A DNA stretch of 64,000 nucleotides. Origin: an uncultured virus (IMG/VR IMGVR_UViG_2061766007_000765). Lineage: Duplodnaviria > Heunggongvirae > Uroviricota > Caudoviricetes. Made by a program: the position numbers and the translations under genes. Where the stretch lies: IMG/VR virus record IMGVR_UViG_2061766007_000765; one strand, written 5' to 3'. Below are positions 21,969 to 33,061 of the stretch, in pieces. Under the pieces are notes generated by a model. That model had not been told where the DNA came from. It did not search any database and was given only the letters and a program-made list of their open reading frames with translations. Position 1 is the first letter of the stretch, and every line of letters begins with the position of its first letter.

Positions 21969-23809
21969 TTACATTGTTTCTGTNNNNNNNNNNNNNNNNN
22001 NNNNNNNNNNNNNTATAATACCTTCAATATATAATTCTATAGTACCTATTACAGAATTGAGATTTACGCTATCAAGACTGTTCAAATCTTTTGACATTGA
22101 TATTCTGTAATAAGTGATTGCCCCAACAGATCGCATAGTATCCAACAGGGGTGTTGTCCCGGCGTAGAATTGGCTATATGCCTCGTTATTATTGTACTGG
22201 AATGTGATGCCGATTCCTGCCCTATATACTATATCTCTTACTGCGTTCATTAAGAATCTCGTTGACAGATTCTGAAGAGCGTTATAGTTAGCGATTGGTA
22301 CGTTGTAGGCAGTACTATTACCCCATACTGTCATTCCGATATCGGGAATTCTTGTAAGGATATTAAGACTTGCGCCATCAAGTCCCTGCCACTTCTCTAA
22401 ATCCTTGCTAGGCACTACGAATGCAGGCTTTCCGATATTGACTGTGTTTCTTCTGGATTCGGGTTGTGCCCATTCATACTGTAAACTCTGATTTTTCATC
22501 ATTGAGAGCATCATGAGTAATGCAAGGAATGCGGGAGGAGCATCTACGCTTCTTGACATACCTGTATATTTATACTGGCACCAAGGTGCAAATAATGCTG
22601 AATGTGTTGAGAATAATCCATCTGAGTCTGTTGTACCTGTAGGTACGTAGTTGGAAATGAGCTGTGTATATCCTTGACTTGATGTATTATCGTTCCATAC
22701 ACCGCCTCTTTCAAGAGATTGAGGGATATCAAGCATAGCAGTCATACATCTTGATCTAGCAGCTACATCCATCATTTTTTCATGTAAAGGAGATACAACT
22801 GTAATTCTAGGTACTGTCTCACCTGTTAAGAAGAAGAAATTTTGATCATCCCAACCGGGCATGATTAATCTTCTTGTATTGTATGCAAGCTTATCAGTTA
22901 AAATTTCTAACACATCACAAGCTGCATTATAGTTCCATTCCATGTATCTAATTGCTGCAGCTTTTGATGCAGAGGTTGCAGGATTAGTTGCATTCTTAAT
23001 AGCTGTTAGGGCTGTAATGTAGTCGTTAGAAGCAGTCCCATATNNNNNNNNNNNNNNNNNNNNNNNNNNNNNNNNNNNNNNNNNNNNNNNNNNNNNNNNN
23101 NNNNNNNNNNNNNNNAATGTAAGACTCGAATCTGTATCAATTCCAGTTACGATGAAATCAAAGAATGAAGACTCGATTTCACTAACATGCAATACACTGT
23201 CAGTTGAATTATCAATATCGAATANNNNNNNNNNNNNNNNNNNNNNNNNNNNNNNNNNNNNNNNNCAGTTCTACCGCCTACACTATCTTTGATGTAAGTA
23301 ATAAGATTCCAATAGGTAGCGGTGCCTTTGGTTACTTTATTAAGCACACCTACAAGGTTGTTGCCGAATGATCCAGGATATTTTGCTTTGAGCACAAATG
23401 TACCAGTAACTGTTGTAGACTCACCGCCTTCTTCAGAGGGTGGAATTGTAATAGTACCGGTAAATGTACCTTGTGCACGAGCTCCGCAAGCTACTCTGCA
23501 TACGTCTATATCATATCCAGAAGTTAAAAGTGTTGCAGCAACCTGGTATGAATAATCTTTTGCGGAACGATAGTTTGCAGCAGGGCCTCTGTATGTAGCA
23601 GTAAATGCTTCTAGACCTTCCTGAGTTGCGGGGAAATGATTAAATACTGTTTTTTCTAGCATTTCATCTTTAGTTGCATTTACAGATGCATAGTCTTCAT
23701 ATGCAGGTCCCCAACTTGCTGTAATAGGCAAGGCTACAGAACAAAATGAACTAGTACCTGTTGAATAGGTATAGTTCTTTGAGATTTCATTAATGGTTAT
23801 TTTAGCCAT
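21969..23809 (-). CDS. tail sheath protein (T4 gp18-like)
   Basis: MAKITINEI..., ASWGP, AKYPGSFGNNL, SALFAPW, VWGNST, LSTRFLMN motifs of contractile sheaths. Confidence 0.9.
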
Positions 23810-23829
23810 GAACCTCTTTCCTCCTTAGT

Positions 23830-24120
23830 TTAATTGTTAATAGTAAGTNNNNNNNNNNNNNNNNNNNNNNNNNNNNNNNNNNNNNNNNNNNNNNNNNNTA
23901 CCTGTTTAGGTTGCTCCTTCTTAGGCTGTTCCTTCTGAGTCTCTTTCTTAGGTTGTTCAGGAGACGGTTTCTGCTGTTTATCTGATGAGTTGATAACAGG
24001 GTCATCAACTCTAATCATTAACTTATGATTGATAAAATCTTTGACTTCTTTGGTTTCTCCAGGTTTAAATGTCACTCCATAAAAAGTTTTTTCAGAGTAA
24101 GAAATATTCTTATAAAACAT
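23830..24120 (-). CDS. small hypothetical protein upstream of sheath
   Basis: MFYKNISYSEKTFYGVTFKPGETKEV followed by a K/E/Q/P-rich tail. Confidence 0.65.
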   Translation of the reverse strand: MFYKNISYSEKTFYGVTFKPGETKEVKDFINHKLMIRVDDPVINSSDKQQKPSPEQPKKETQKEQPKKEQPKQVXXXXXXXXXXXXXXXXXLTINN

Positions 24121-24160
24121 TGATTCACCTACTTTCTCAAGCTTATTTAAGGTTCAAGTA

Positions 24161-24766
24161 CTATTTTAGACGAATATTGTTATCCACTATTACTCCCTGC
24201 ATATGGCGTGGAGTATAGTTAAGAAGGACAGTTCCGTCACATTGTAACTCAATTAAGGCTTCATACAATTTACCAGAAGCAATATATTCAGAAGTCCCAC
24301 TTGATCTTCTAACAGAAGTATTAGGTGTAATGTTAACACCAAACCTAATTTTCCTTTTGGATTCATACGGAACTTCCATTGTTATATAATACATTGAGCT
24401 GTATCGAAAAAGTAGTTCTCTTACTAACTCGTCCATATCGGCTGTATTAGTAGTTAACACATGCAAATCATATTTTAACTCTATGGGCATAACTTTTTCA
24501 AGATAGATATTATTCTTTTCTGAATCATATACAGCCGGTACGCCTTTATGCGTACGAGTGAAGTTGAATCTAGATGAATCTAGTGGAGTATCTTCGTGTC
24601 GTTTAAGAAAAATTGCTGGAAATGCTATTTTGTCATCCTGGAGCTGAGCGAGCACTCCCATCATTCCTTCATCGCCCATCATCCTGACTGAGCTGCTTGC
24701 TCCTCCTTTTGGATCTATGCATTGTGCTAAATCTTTTACTATTGCTTCATCATAACACCAAAGCAT
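24161..24766 (-). CDS. tail terminator / sheath stabiliser-like protein
   Basis: FPAIFLKR...PIELKYDLHVLT...DMDELVRELL pattern; position between neck and sheath genes. Confidence 0.6.
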   Translation of the reverse strand: MLWCYDEAIVKDLAQCIDPKGGASSSVRMMGDEGMMGVLAQLQDDKIAFPAIFLKRHEDTPLDSSRFNFTRTHKGVPAVYDSEKNNIYLEKVMPIELKYDLHVLTTNTADMDELVRELLFRYSSMYYITMEVPYESKRKIRFGVNITPNTSVRRSSGTSEYIASGKLYEALIELQCDGTVLLNYTPRHMQGVIVDNNIRLK

Positions 24767-24769
24767 TTG

Positions 24770-25306
24770 TTACCTCGTTTCGTCTTCTTCTTTTGACATG
24801 TAATAATTGCCCCTATAATCAATATCAGATTTTAGAAACCTANNNNNNNNNNNNNNNNNNNNNNNNNNNNNNNNNNNNNNNNNNNNNNNNNCATATGCAG
24901 GAATTATTTGGCACACGAGATGATCTGCGGCTTGCAGATCGTAGGTTATCTCAGTAACTCTAAATATCCTATCCGGTATATCTGCATATTGCCCAGCTAT
25001 TCTGAATATAGAATCCTTTTGAACATGCGGCAAGCTGAAACTGCAATGAACTAAAAATGGGAGGTTATCATCGTTTTCAACTACCCATCCATATCTTTTA
25101 AATGTCTTGACTTTAGGAGTTCCATCAAAGAATATATAAGTATCAATCGGCTCAGAATAGCTATCAATTACAGGTTCGCTCTGTGCATTGCTATTGGGAA
25201 GATTAGGAAACTGATACTTGCAAGGTATGCCCTGTAGCTGCAAGGCTTCATCATATCGTGCCCGCATTAAAGTTATATCTGGACCGATTAGGTTATTAAG
25301 GTTCAT
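24770..25306 (-). CDS. neck / head-closure protein (T4 gp14-like)
   Basis: YDEALQLQGIPCKYQFP...FKRYGW resembles gp14; real start MNLNNL near 25306. Confidence 0.6.
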   Translation of the reverse strand: MNLNNLIGPDITLMRARYDEALQLQGIPCKYQFPNLPNSNAQSEPVIDSYSEPIDTYIFFDGTPKVKTFKRYGWVVENDDNLPFLVHCSFSLPHVQKDSIFRIAGQYADIPDRIFRVTEITYDLQAADHLVCQIIPAYXXXXXXXXXXXXXXXXXRFLKSDIDYRGNYYMSKEEDETR

Positions 25307-26000
25307 CATTATCATCACCTTCGGATTGGTCTTCGGATTGGTCTTCGGATTGGTTATTATCACAGATGCATTCAGGCTGTTCAGCCGGAGGTACATTCTC
25401 GTTCAATATGTCTTGAATATTTGCAATGTAAGTAACCCAATCCCACTTCATATCGGGTTCGTTAGTTATGTTAACTATAGAATTAGCGATAAGCTTTGAA
25501 TTAAATTGTGCGCTGCTTATTCGTGTACCATATACCAATATGTCATCGTTGTGTAGGTATGATTTGAATACCACTGTTAAGGGTACCTGTTTAAGCCCGT
25601 CTGTAGTTCTCATATCCACAACAATCTTGCTAATCTTGTCATATCCTAGATTCAAGAGGTTTCTGAGGAATTGAACAGTGCTATCAGGGAGATGTGATTT
25701 AACATCGTAGTTTATGTAGAACCCAAACCTCTCTAACTCTTTTAAAATCTGCTCTGTTGTAAAGAAAGGTAAGTCGTCACCTTGTTCATCTTTATCAGAT
25801 AACAGCGAGCCTGACCCTTGAATGACAGCTGCAAACATAGTGCCATATTTAATATGTCTAACTTTAATAATTAATCCTTTAAAAATACCATCATCTTTAT
25901 ATCTAGATAGCGATATTTTCAGATGTTTGCTGTTGTTCGATAGGCATTGTGTTATCTGCCACCAACTGGATATCTGATACCGAAGTGTTGTCTGCGTCAT
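25296..26000 (-). CDS. hypothetical protein
   Basis: 234-aa ORF; C-terminal DQSE x3 repeat. Confidence 0.7.
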   Translation of the reverse strand: MTQTTLRYQISSWWQITQCLSNNSKHLKISLSRYKDDGIFKGLIIKVRHIKYGTMFAAVIQGSGSLLSDKDEQGDDLPFFTTEQILKELERFGFYINYDVKSHLPDSTVQFLRNLLNLGYDKISKIVVDMRTTDGLKQVPLTVVFKSYLHNDDILVYGTRISSAQFNSKLIANSIVNITNEPDMKWDWVTYIANIQDILNENVPPAEQPECICDNNQSEDQSEDQSEGDDNDEP

Positions 26001-26339
26001 TATTTTGTCCCTCGTCTGGACTATCGTCCTTAATTGATTTCAAATACTTTTGAAGCTCTAACTGGAATGCAACTAAATTNNNNNNNNNNNNNNNNNNNNN
26101 NNTACCATATCAAGCTTGAGCTTGAAATAAAGCATTCTATGTTCTACATCTGTAACTTCCGGATGCTTTTCTCTGAAAATGAAGTACCTAGTTATAGCAG
26201 AACTAAATGCTTTATGAACAGTTGCATCTTGTTTAGACAAATCAGCGTAGGCCATCGTCTTATAGTTTGTTTTATTAAATGTTTTAAGGTCTCTAAAGAA
26301 AAGTGTTGTAAGCTCTTTACTAGAACGCATTCTCTTCAC
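26000..26339 (-). CDS. hypothetical protein
   Basis: MKRMRSSKEL...; overlaps the portal end; split by a gap. Confidence 0.55.
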
Positions 26340-27805
26340 CTCCAGCTTCTACATTCATATCCCAGGTGTTAACTGCTGCACCGGTTGTAGGAAGTGCTTC
26401 GGAAAGAATTTCTGTAAGCGCTTCTTTGTAATACTTTTCTCCTGTCACACCGAGCTGTTTGAGAAGCTCAGTAACACTGCTTGCTTGGCTTAACGCCCCA
26501 TCACGTCTTTCAGAATTAACTGTGCTCATTTGCGTAATAATAGGATTCATGTGTAATTCAAACNNNNNNNNNNNNNNNNGTGCTCGATAAAATACTTATT
26601 CATGCCGGAACGCCATCCTTCTTTGTAAGCAGTTTCAATACGCTGAAGGGAGTTACCATACAGTGCGGATCTCTGTGACATTACTGCACCTGCTCCACCT
26701 AATCCTTCCGCTGAAGAAAAGTTCATTGCTTCTTTCGGTACGCCTAATACTGAAAGCTTTTTATCCTGATAGTAATCTAATAGCTTATTATCTGCGTCAG
26801 ATGCTTCTGCCATATTCATATCTAAGACAGATACTGCGTCTTGTCCGTTTATTTTAGGTAAGTATATCAAGTTATTAGGGCTTTGAGGATTGACATAACT
26901 CTGAGCATCTCCTGACCCTGTATTGATGGATAGCTGCTGCTCTATCATGTCCTTGATTTCCTGCAATGTAGCTTGGATCTCTTCCTCTTCTGCATTACCN
27001 NNNNNNNNNNNNNNNNNNNNNNNNNNNNNNNNTAGTTAATGAAGATAATACTAACGCATCCTCAAGCAGATTTAATGTTTGAGTAGGTTGTGTAGCCGCA
27101 GCCATAAGAGGTTGACCAAACTGAATATCAAACTCAATATCTTCACCATTCTCATTGCGTCCTGCCATGGTATAGTCGCCTAATAATCCACCTAAGCTGA
27201 AATGAATTATTGCATTTTCATCATATCTAACAATATCTGTATTGTCGGAAGTTTCTACACCGTATCCTTCAGATTTTCCATGATACCATAAGTGAACACA
27301 AGTTTCAGGAGGTATTTTACATGCAGGAATTATTTCATATAAATCATCTCTTATTGTATTTCCATCTAAGGATACAAGCTCCTTACCCCCTTTACCTTCT
27401 TCTCTATATAATTTAGTAGTCGGAAGATAAAGGTTACCGATTGTAGCTAATTCAAGGATATGGTCTCTAGCATANNNNNNNNNNNNNNNNNNNNNNNNNN
27501 NNNNNNNNNNNNNNNNNNNNATACTTGGGTTCAGGAGCAGTTGCCCAGATTATCTGCCCTGCCGAATTAAGAGTAGTTGCATCAGTTGCATAATATGATA
27601 ATGCAGTTGCAATTTGAGAATCTTCTGCAAGTGCCCTCATTGTATCTATTTGAGTTTTAATGTTTGCAAAACTTGAATTTCCCTTAAGAGAAGAAACTCT
27701 GTAAAATGAGCCCGCTACAACTTGGCGTATAAAGGATGTAATCGGGGTCATTTGTTTTTGCGCTTTAGTAGAACGTCTTAATAATTTATCAACCCAATTT
27801 GCCAT
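26320..27805 (-). CDS. portal protein (T4 gp20-like)
   Basis: DSQIATALSYYATDAT, IIHFSLG, LNLLEDAL, YLPKINGQ..., LDYYQDKKLSVLGVPKEAM correspond to gp20 motifs; fragments joined across gaps. Confidence 0.85.
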
Positions 27806-27826
27806 TATCTATACCTCTTTCTGCCC

Positions 27827-29387
27827 TTATAGAAGGTTTGCGGCCAAGTCATTATCTATTTCGTATTTAGTAAAAAACTCATCTTCATAAGTGATAGGAA
27901 TGTTATGAATCTTAGCTTTTTGAATTAGTTGACCGGATACTCCGTCATTGAGTGACCCTATAACTACTACATCAGGCAAATCATCTCCTATTTCAATGCT
28001 AGGTACTACTTTAGCTGCGTAACTAATCAATATTGATTCAATCTCAGAATAATCGCCACGCTTAAACCTTCCGGTTAATGCAATTGTATTACCTCTGAAA
28101 ATAGGAGCTCCATCAAATTTCTGCAGCTTACTTGAAACGGATACTCTGGATAGANNNNNNNNNNNNNNNNNNGGTCATTCAACCAACTATCTAATCTTCT
28201 CACTATAGGGTCAGTGATATCTAAATCTGTTTCAATTCTTAATGGATTCTGGATATAATACATCAAGCTTTCTACAGAATGATTACATTTATTAGCAAGT
28301 CTTTCGAAGAATTCTATACTGGGTACAACATAAGTGGGGGTTACTGCAAACAGAGCTTTCGATAGTGTCGCTTCTATATGAGTATCCTTATAAGGCTTTA
28401 TTTCTAGCAAATCTGTCAAACAGATTATTTCTTTGGAATCTATTAGCTCTCTGTATTTCTCATACGAGATAACAGGAAGCTGCAGTGTTTCAAGAAGTTT
28501 AACTGCATCAGGATACAATGTAGACAAACAATGAGGATCATCGCATTGAACGGGACTGTCGTCCTGACCTACCCTAAACACTTTTCCGCATATAGGACAT
28601 TTCATATCATGACCTGCATTATCGGGCAATCTTTCAATTGTATCTCCTAATCGAGTGCATACTATAGCAGGCTTATCTGATTCACTGTTCTTTTCTAAAA
28701 GAATACTGCATCCTTTGCTGACATTGTGATGAACTAATTCAGAGTAGTTGAAGATAAACGAAGTGTTATGCTCTCCTAATACATTGCCTTTAATAAAGCC
28801 GTCAGCTTCGACAAAGGGTTTAGGCTCATTAGTGACATTTATTTGAAGCAGATTGTTAGAAGCATATCTGCATTCTAAATCTTCAAAGATGAAGAACCCT
28901 GCAACAAATGCATACTTGAAAGGATATGAGCTAGGATTCATTATCATCTGAAGTGTCTCTTCTGTAATAGTAAGCGGAACAACAATCTGAGGTAACAAGT
29001 TAAACCCTGATGCCCCTAAAAANNNNNNNNNNNNNNNNNNNNNNNNNNNNNNNNNNNNNNNNNNNNNNNNNNNNNNNNNNNNNNNNNNNNNNNNNNNNNN
29101 NNNNNNNNNNNNNNTTGTAAAGTGCTTGAGGTAAAGGGCCTTGGCAACAAGGTATTCTGTCTGAATACAATACGCCATATACCCAAGTAGTTCCTCCTGT
29201 TGTAGTAATAGTATTAGGCACCATTACTNNNNNNNNNNNNNNNNNNNNNNNNNNNNNNNNNNNNGAGTGTAAATCCAATGCTGAATTTTTGAAGCAATCC
29301 GTTTTCGTTATATTGCAGCTTGACTGGAACACCTACGGGAACTAACGATACTGTGCTACTAGGCTTGCAAAAGGTTTTTGCGAACAT
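27827..29387 (-). CDS. NAD-dependent DNA ligase (LigA)-like protein lacking catalytic residues
   Basis: OB-fold FNYSELVHHNVSKGCSILLEK, Zn finger CPICG...CDDPHC, BRCT FRGNTIALTGRF...VVVIGS; KxDG position reads VPVG. Confidence 0.7.
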
Positions 29388-29428
29388 TTGTTATCCTCCT
29401 TAGTTGAATAATGTATGTATATTAAGAG

Positions 29429-31596
29429 TTACCTTAATTTCGGAAAATGAACAGGTCTATTTGATGTGTCTGCTGATTTAATAGTATTAGACGATGACAT
29501 AGGATTAGCTCGTTTAGCTGTACCCCTATTGACTGCAGCTGTGATTGCTGCTAAATTGCGCGCCGGCGGCCTGGCTGTAACCTGTTCTGATACTAGCGTT
29601 CGAGTACTACCTGCTAATCCATCTGCAATGTCACCGTGACCTCCATCTTCATCCTCAGGATGGTTGATTGCATTATTTATACGCTGAGTTGCGATTAATT
29701 CATTTTCTTGAAGTTCATTTTTAACTAATTCAATTCTTTGATCTATCAATAGATTTTTAAGCCCAATGTATGCTTCCATGCCTACTGCAAATTTTGTTGT
29801 ATCAAATCCTTGCTGTTCTAAGACCTGTAATAAGAATGAAGACTGATACTGGTCGCAGGAGATAGTACCTACATTGAAATGATGCTGTCGCAGCCAAATC
29901 ATAAAGTTAACTACTTTTTGAAATGATTGCCTTCCTCCTCTAGGAGCTTGTACTGCAACTGAGAACACTTCCTTGATAAAGGGCATAACTGCCTTTTTAC
30001 CATCATCTCCTTCTATAACTTTATTACCAGAAACACAGCACCCTACAATACCTGTTCGGTTATGTGTTTCAGCTAAGTCAATATGTATGTTCAATCGTTG
30101 ATACTTGAGCTCTTGAGGTACTACTTCTTCATGGAAGAAATCTGATATCTCTAAGTCATCATCTTTTCCTACAACCAATATATCTTCAAAAAACGGATTA
30201 ACNNNNNNNNNNNNNNNNNNNNNNNNNNNNGCTTGTATCTATCACCTACAGTAAAATGGAACACTTTGTCTGAAAACATAGATTTTGGAAGTATTTTCCA
30301 CTGGGGCTCATCTACTAAATACAAATGTTGATTTCCTGCTCGTTGTTGTGTTTCAATGTGTCCTGATAGAAAATCATTGTCCTGATTTTTTGAAGATGAA
30401 GCTATAAGCTTGCCATATACTTCACCTCCTATTCTAAATGTACCGGAAACACGGGCATTTATTGTATCATATAAGCCCTTCATGTGAGCTTTTGNNNNNN
30501 NNNNNNNNGACTTAGCAAATGAAACTTCGTCCAAGCCTGCACAGTTATGTGATACCAACAAAGAGTTTGCAACAATTATGAAATTATGATATGGTTTAGC
30601 GTTGATTACATCATAAACTGGGATAGGTTCAAGATAATTAACTGTCCGAAGATGCGTTACTGTATATCCTCCAAAGGGAGAAATAGTGCCAAGTTCATCA
30701 CCGCATTCAAGCTCACTTAAACATTTATACGTTCGATCAGACATCATTAAGTGATGATCAGGCGTACCTTCAATTACACTTCCATCATCTAGCTCAACTA
30801 AAATAGTTTGATTAACATATCGGGTTAGCTTTATATCAGCATAGCATGATACTAAATGACAAGCACCATTGTACTGAAATATCTCTTGAGTTGTGCCTGC
30901 ACATTCTGCTAATGTTTTAGCTCCGGTAGATGTGAGTATCGCTGTATCACCTACTAAGCACCAAATCTGCATTCCTAAGAAGTTAGAAGCATCTGAACCC
31001 GCTACAATATCTATCTTGTCTCCCTCAGGCATATAGTAAAAATTTCTGTCCGACCTACTGAATTTACCATGCTGTTGGAACCACTCTATTTCCTTTAATG
31101 TATCCNNNNNNNNNNNNNNNNNNNNNNNNNNNNNNNNNNNNNNNNNNNNNNNCGCAATAGTAAATCGAGATACTTCTTTCTTCTTAAAATATTCATGCGG
31201 GTTTCTATATAGCATCAACCTGTATAGCATATATGCCATCATGGTAACCATTGAACTTGATTTACCTATTCTAGTAGCTCCGCTCAAGATTATCTCATTA
31301 TATTTGTTTCCGCTATTGAATACATTTCGAAAAGTTTGCTTCCAATAAGGATAAACTGCCTCACCCTGACGGTTAACTGAACCCATATACTTGTTTGAAG
31401 TAATAAATGTATCTATATCAACAGGAATTTCTTTAAAATCTGTTAAAAAGACATTTTCTAAAGTATATGAGTAACCTGTTTTACTCATTTCTTGCAGTAT
31501 TTGCAGCATCATCTTTTGTTCAGACGCTGAGCAGCTGCTGAATGAAGACTGTATTCTATTTATAGCTGTTTCATATATTGCGCTATATTCAGGCAT
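29429..31596 (-). CDS. terL: terminase large subunit containing an intein
   Basis: Walker A GATRIGKS, Walker B AGLDE, coupling ASS motif, RNase-H nuclease IHIDLA, SCDQYQS and HGDIADG. Confidence 0.92.
30544..30960 (-). mobile_element. mini-intein (139 aa) in terminase
   Basis: Starts CLVGDT, block B GTPDHH, ends PVYDVINAKPYHNF...VSHN followed by +1 Cys; no endonuclease domain. Confidence 0.92.
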
Positions 31597-32183
31597 TTGT
31601 AGTCTCTTCCGAATTCGTTGTTAATTGTTCTAGTGCTTCATGTGCTTTTGACTGGACTTCCTGCTTATCAGCTACTTCCTGCATGCTTGAGTCAATTGAG
31701 CTAATTATAGCCATGAGCTCCTGCACTCCTGTGCGGACTTTTTCTCTGGATTCTTGTTCCATAATCATTGATGTAAAGGATGTAGCAGGATCTTCCTCTT
31801 TAGGGACATCTAATGCAGTGAGTTGTTCTATGTTCAAGTAAGGTTCAAGCAGCTTGTGTGACTCAATCATCATTTTCTGCAACCTCTCTTGAATAGGGAT
31901 AAGAGTCTGCCACAGGCTATCATCATCAGGGTCTGAATTGTCTAACTTAGCATCAATAGATTGATATATCCTGTCCTCAATTTTATCAATCATTGAAGTA
32001 TAACGGACAATTCGTTCTAATTGATGATAAACTCGAAGGATTGTTATATTTTGCATTGCTTTACGTGCAGCATTCGGATCGTCTTTGCGGAATTTTAAAA
32101 GAGATGCCCGCATAGCTTCGACATCTCTTGTTTGTTCTGCATACAAGTCTAGATCGGTAGTCGTAGCTGACGTAACAGTTTTA
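31589..32183 (-). CDS. putative terminase small subunit
   Basis: Helical ~200-aa protein immediately upstream of and overlapping terL; start lies in a gap. Confidence 0.5.
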
Positions 32184-32308
32184 NNNNNNNNNNNNNNNNN
32201 NNNNNNNNNNNNNNNNNNNTTAGTTGTAGAATTTTCTTATCTTTATTAAAGGTTAGAAAAGCCAAAGAAAAAGCCCAAGCATTTTCCGCTTGAGCTTATT
32301 TGTTAAAC

Positions 32309-32497
32309 CTAATAAGTTTGCCGTCCCTTTATAAGCGCTCTTATTATGTCTCCTTCCGTTTTTGCATCTTGTATCTTCTGCTTAACTTCATCTGAATACT
32401 TCAAATCGGATGCAGCTTTCAGTGAGTCTTCTTTATACACTTTAAACGAAATTTGTTCAGTCTTCAATCTTAATTTACTTTTATGTTTAGCTTTCAA
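32309..32497 (-). CDS. small hypothetical protein
   Basis: AASDLKYSDEVKQKIQDAKTEGDIIRAL; terminator-like hairpin downstream (32270-32300). Confidence 0.6.
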   Translation of the reverse strand: MKAKHKSKLRLKTEQISFKVYKEDSLKAASDLKYSDEVKQKIQDAKTEGDIIRALIKGRQTY

Positions 32498-32533
32498 AGT
32501 AGCAACCCCTTCCCCTCTAATATTTACTTGATG

Positions 32534-33061
32534 TTAAGAAAGGTTGAATCGTTTTAGCTGAGCATGCCATCTTTCTAAATTAGTTCCGTCAGCAGGCTCT
32601 GTAAGCGCAGATAACCACGTTTTAGACCATTCCCACGATTCTTTAACATCAAACCCGCTATAATCATTATCTACCATAAGCCACTTGTGATGGTAGATTT
32701 GAAAGTGAGGGCTAGATATTTTCAACCCAGTTTTAGTATCACGTGCTATCCTGCCTACTTGTGGCTCTCGTGNNNNNNNNNNNNNNNNNNCTACAAAGCT
32801 GATGCCACCAGTCATTCCAATTTTTACTATATTGAATTCAAACGGCACTAATGCAGAAAGCATTTTATATTCAGCATATTCTGAGGGTGTTAACAATTTT
32901 TGAACATAGCTCTTATAAATGTAAACAAATCTAGAAATGCGCTTTCCAGGACATTCTTTACTTCTTGCAATCCTAGATCCCCTTAGTGTCCTCAACGAGT
33001 GCCCTACTTCTGTTTGCAGCAAGTTGTATTCCTTACATTTGATCTGATCGTGACTCAACAT
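32534..33061 (-). CDS. stand-alone domain resembling the accessory repeat of phosphorothioation-associated methyltransferases
   Basis: GKRISRFVYIYKS...FNIVKI...ISFV...EPQVG...IYHHKWLMVDNDY. Confidence 0.45.
   Translation of the reverse strand: MLSHDQIKCKEYNLLQTEVGHSLRTLRGSRIARSKECPGKRISRFVYIYKSYVQKLLTPSEYAEYKMLSALVPFEFNIVKIGMTGGISFVXXXXXXXREPQVGRIARDTKTGLKISSPHFQIYHHKWLMVDNDYSGFDVKESWEWSKTWLSALTEPADGTNLERWHAQLKRFNLS

Noticed and set aside
25318..25355. CTTCGGATTGGT x3 tandem repeat as a CRISPR or regulatory array
   Set aside because: 12-bp units with no spacers; encodes the DQSE repeat at the end of the 25296-26000 protein
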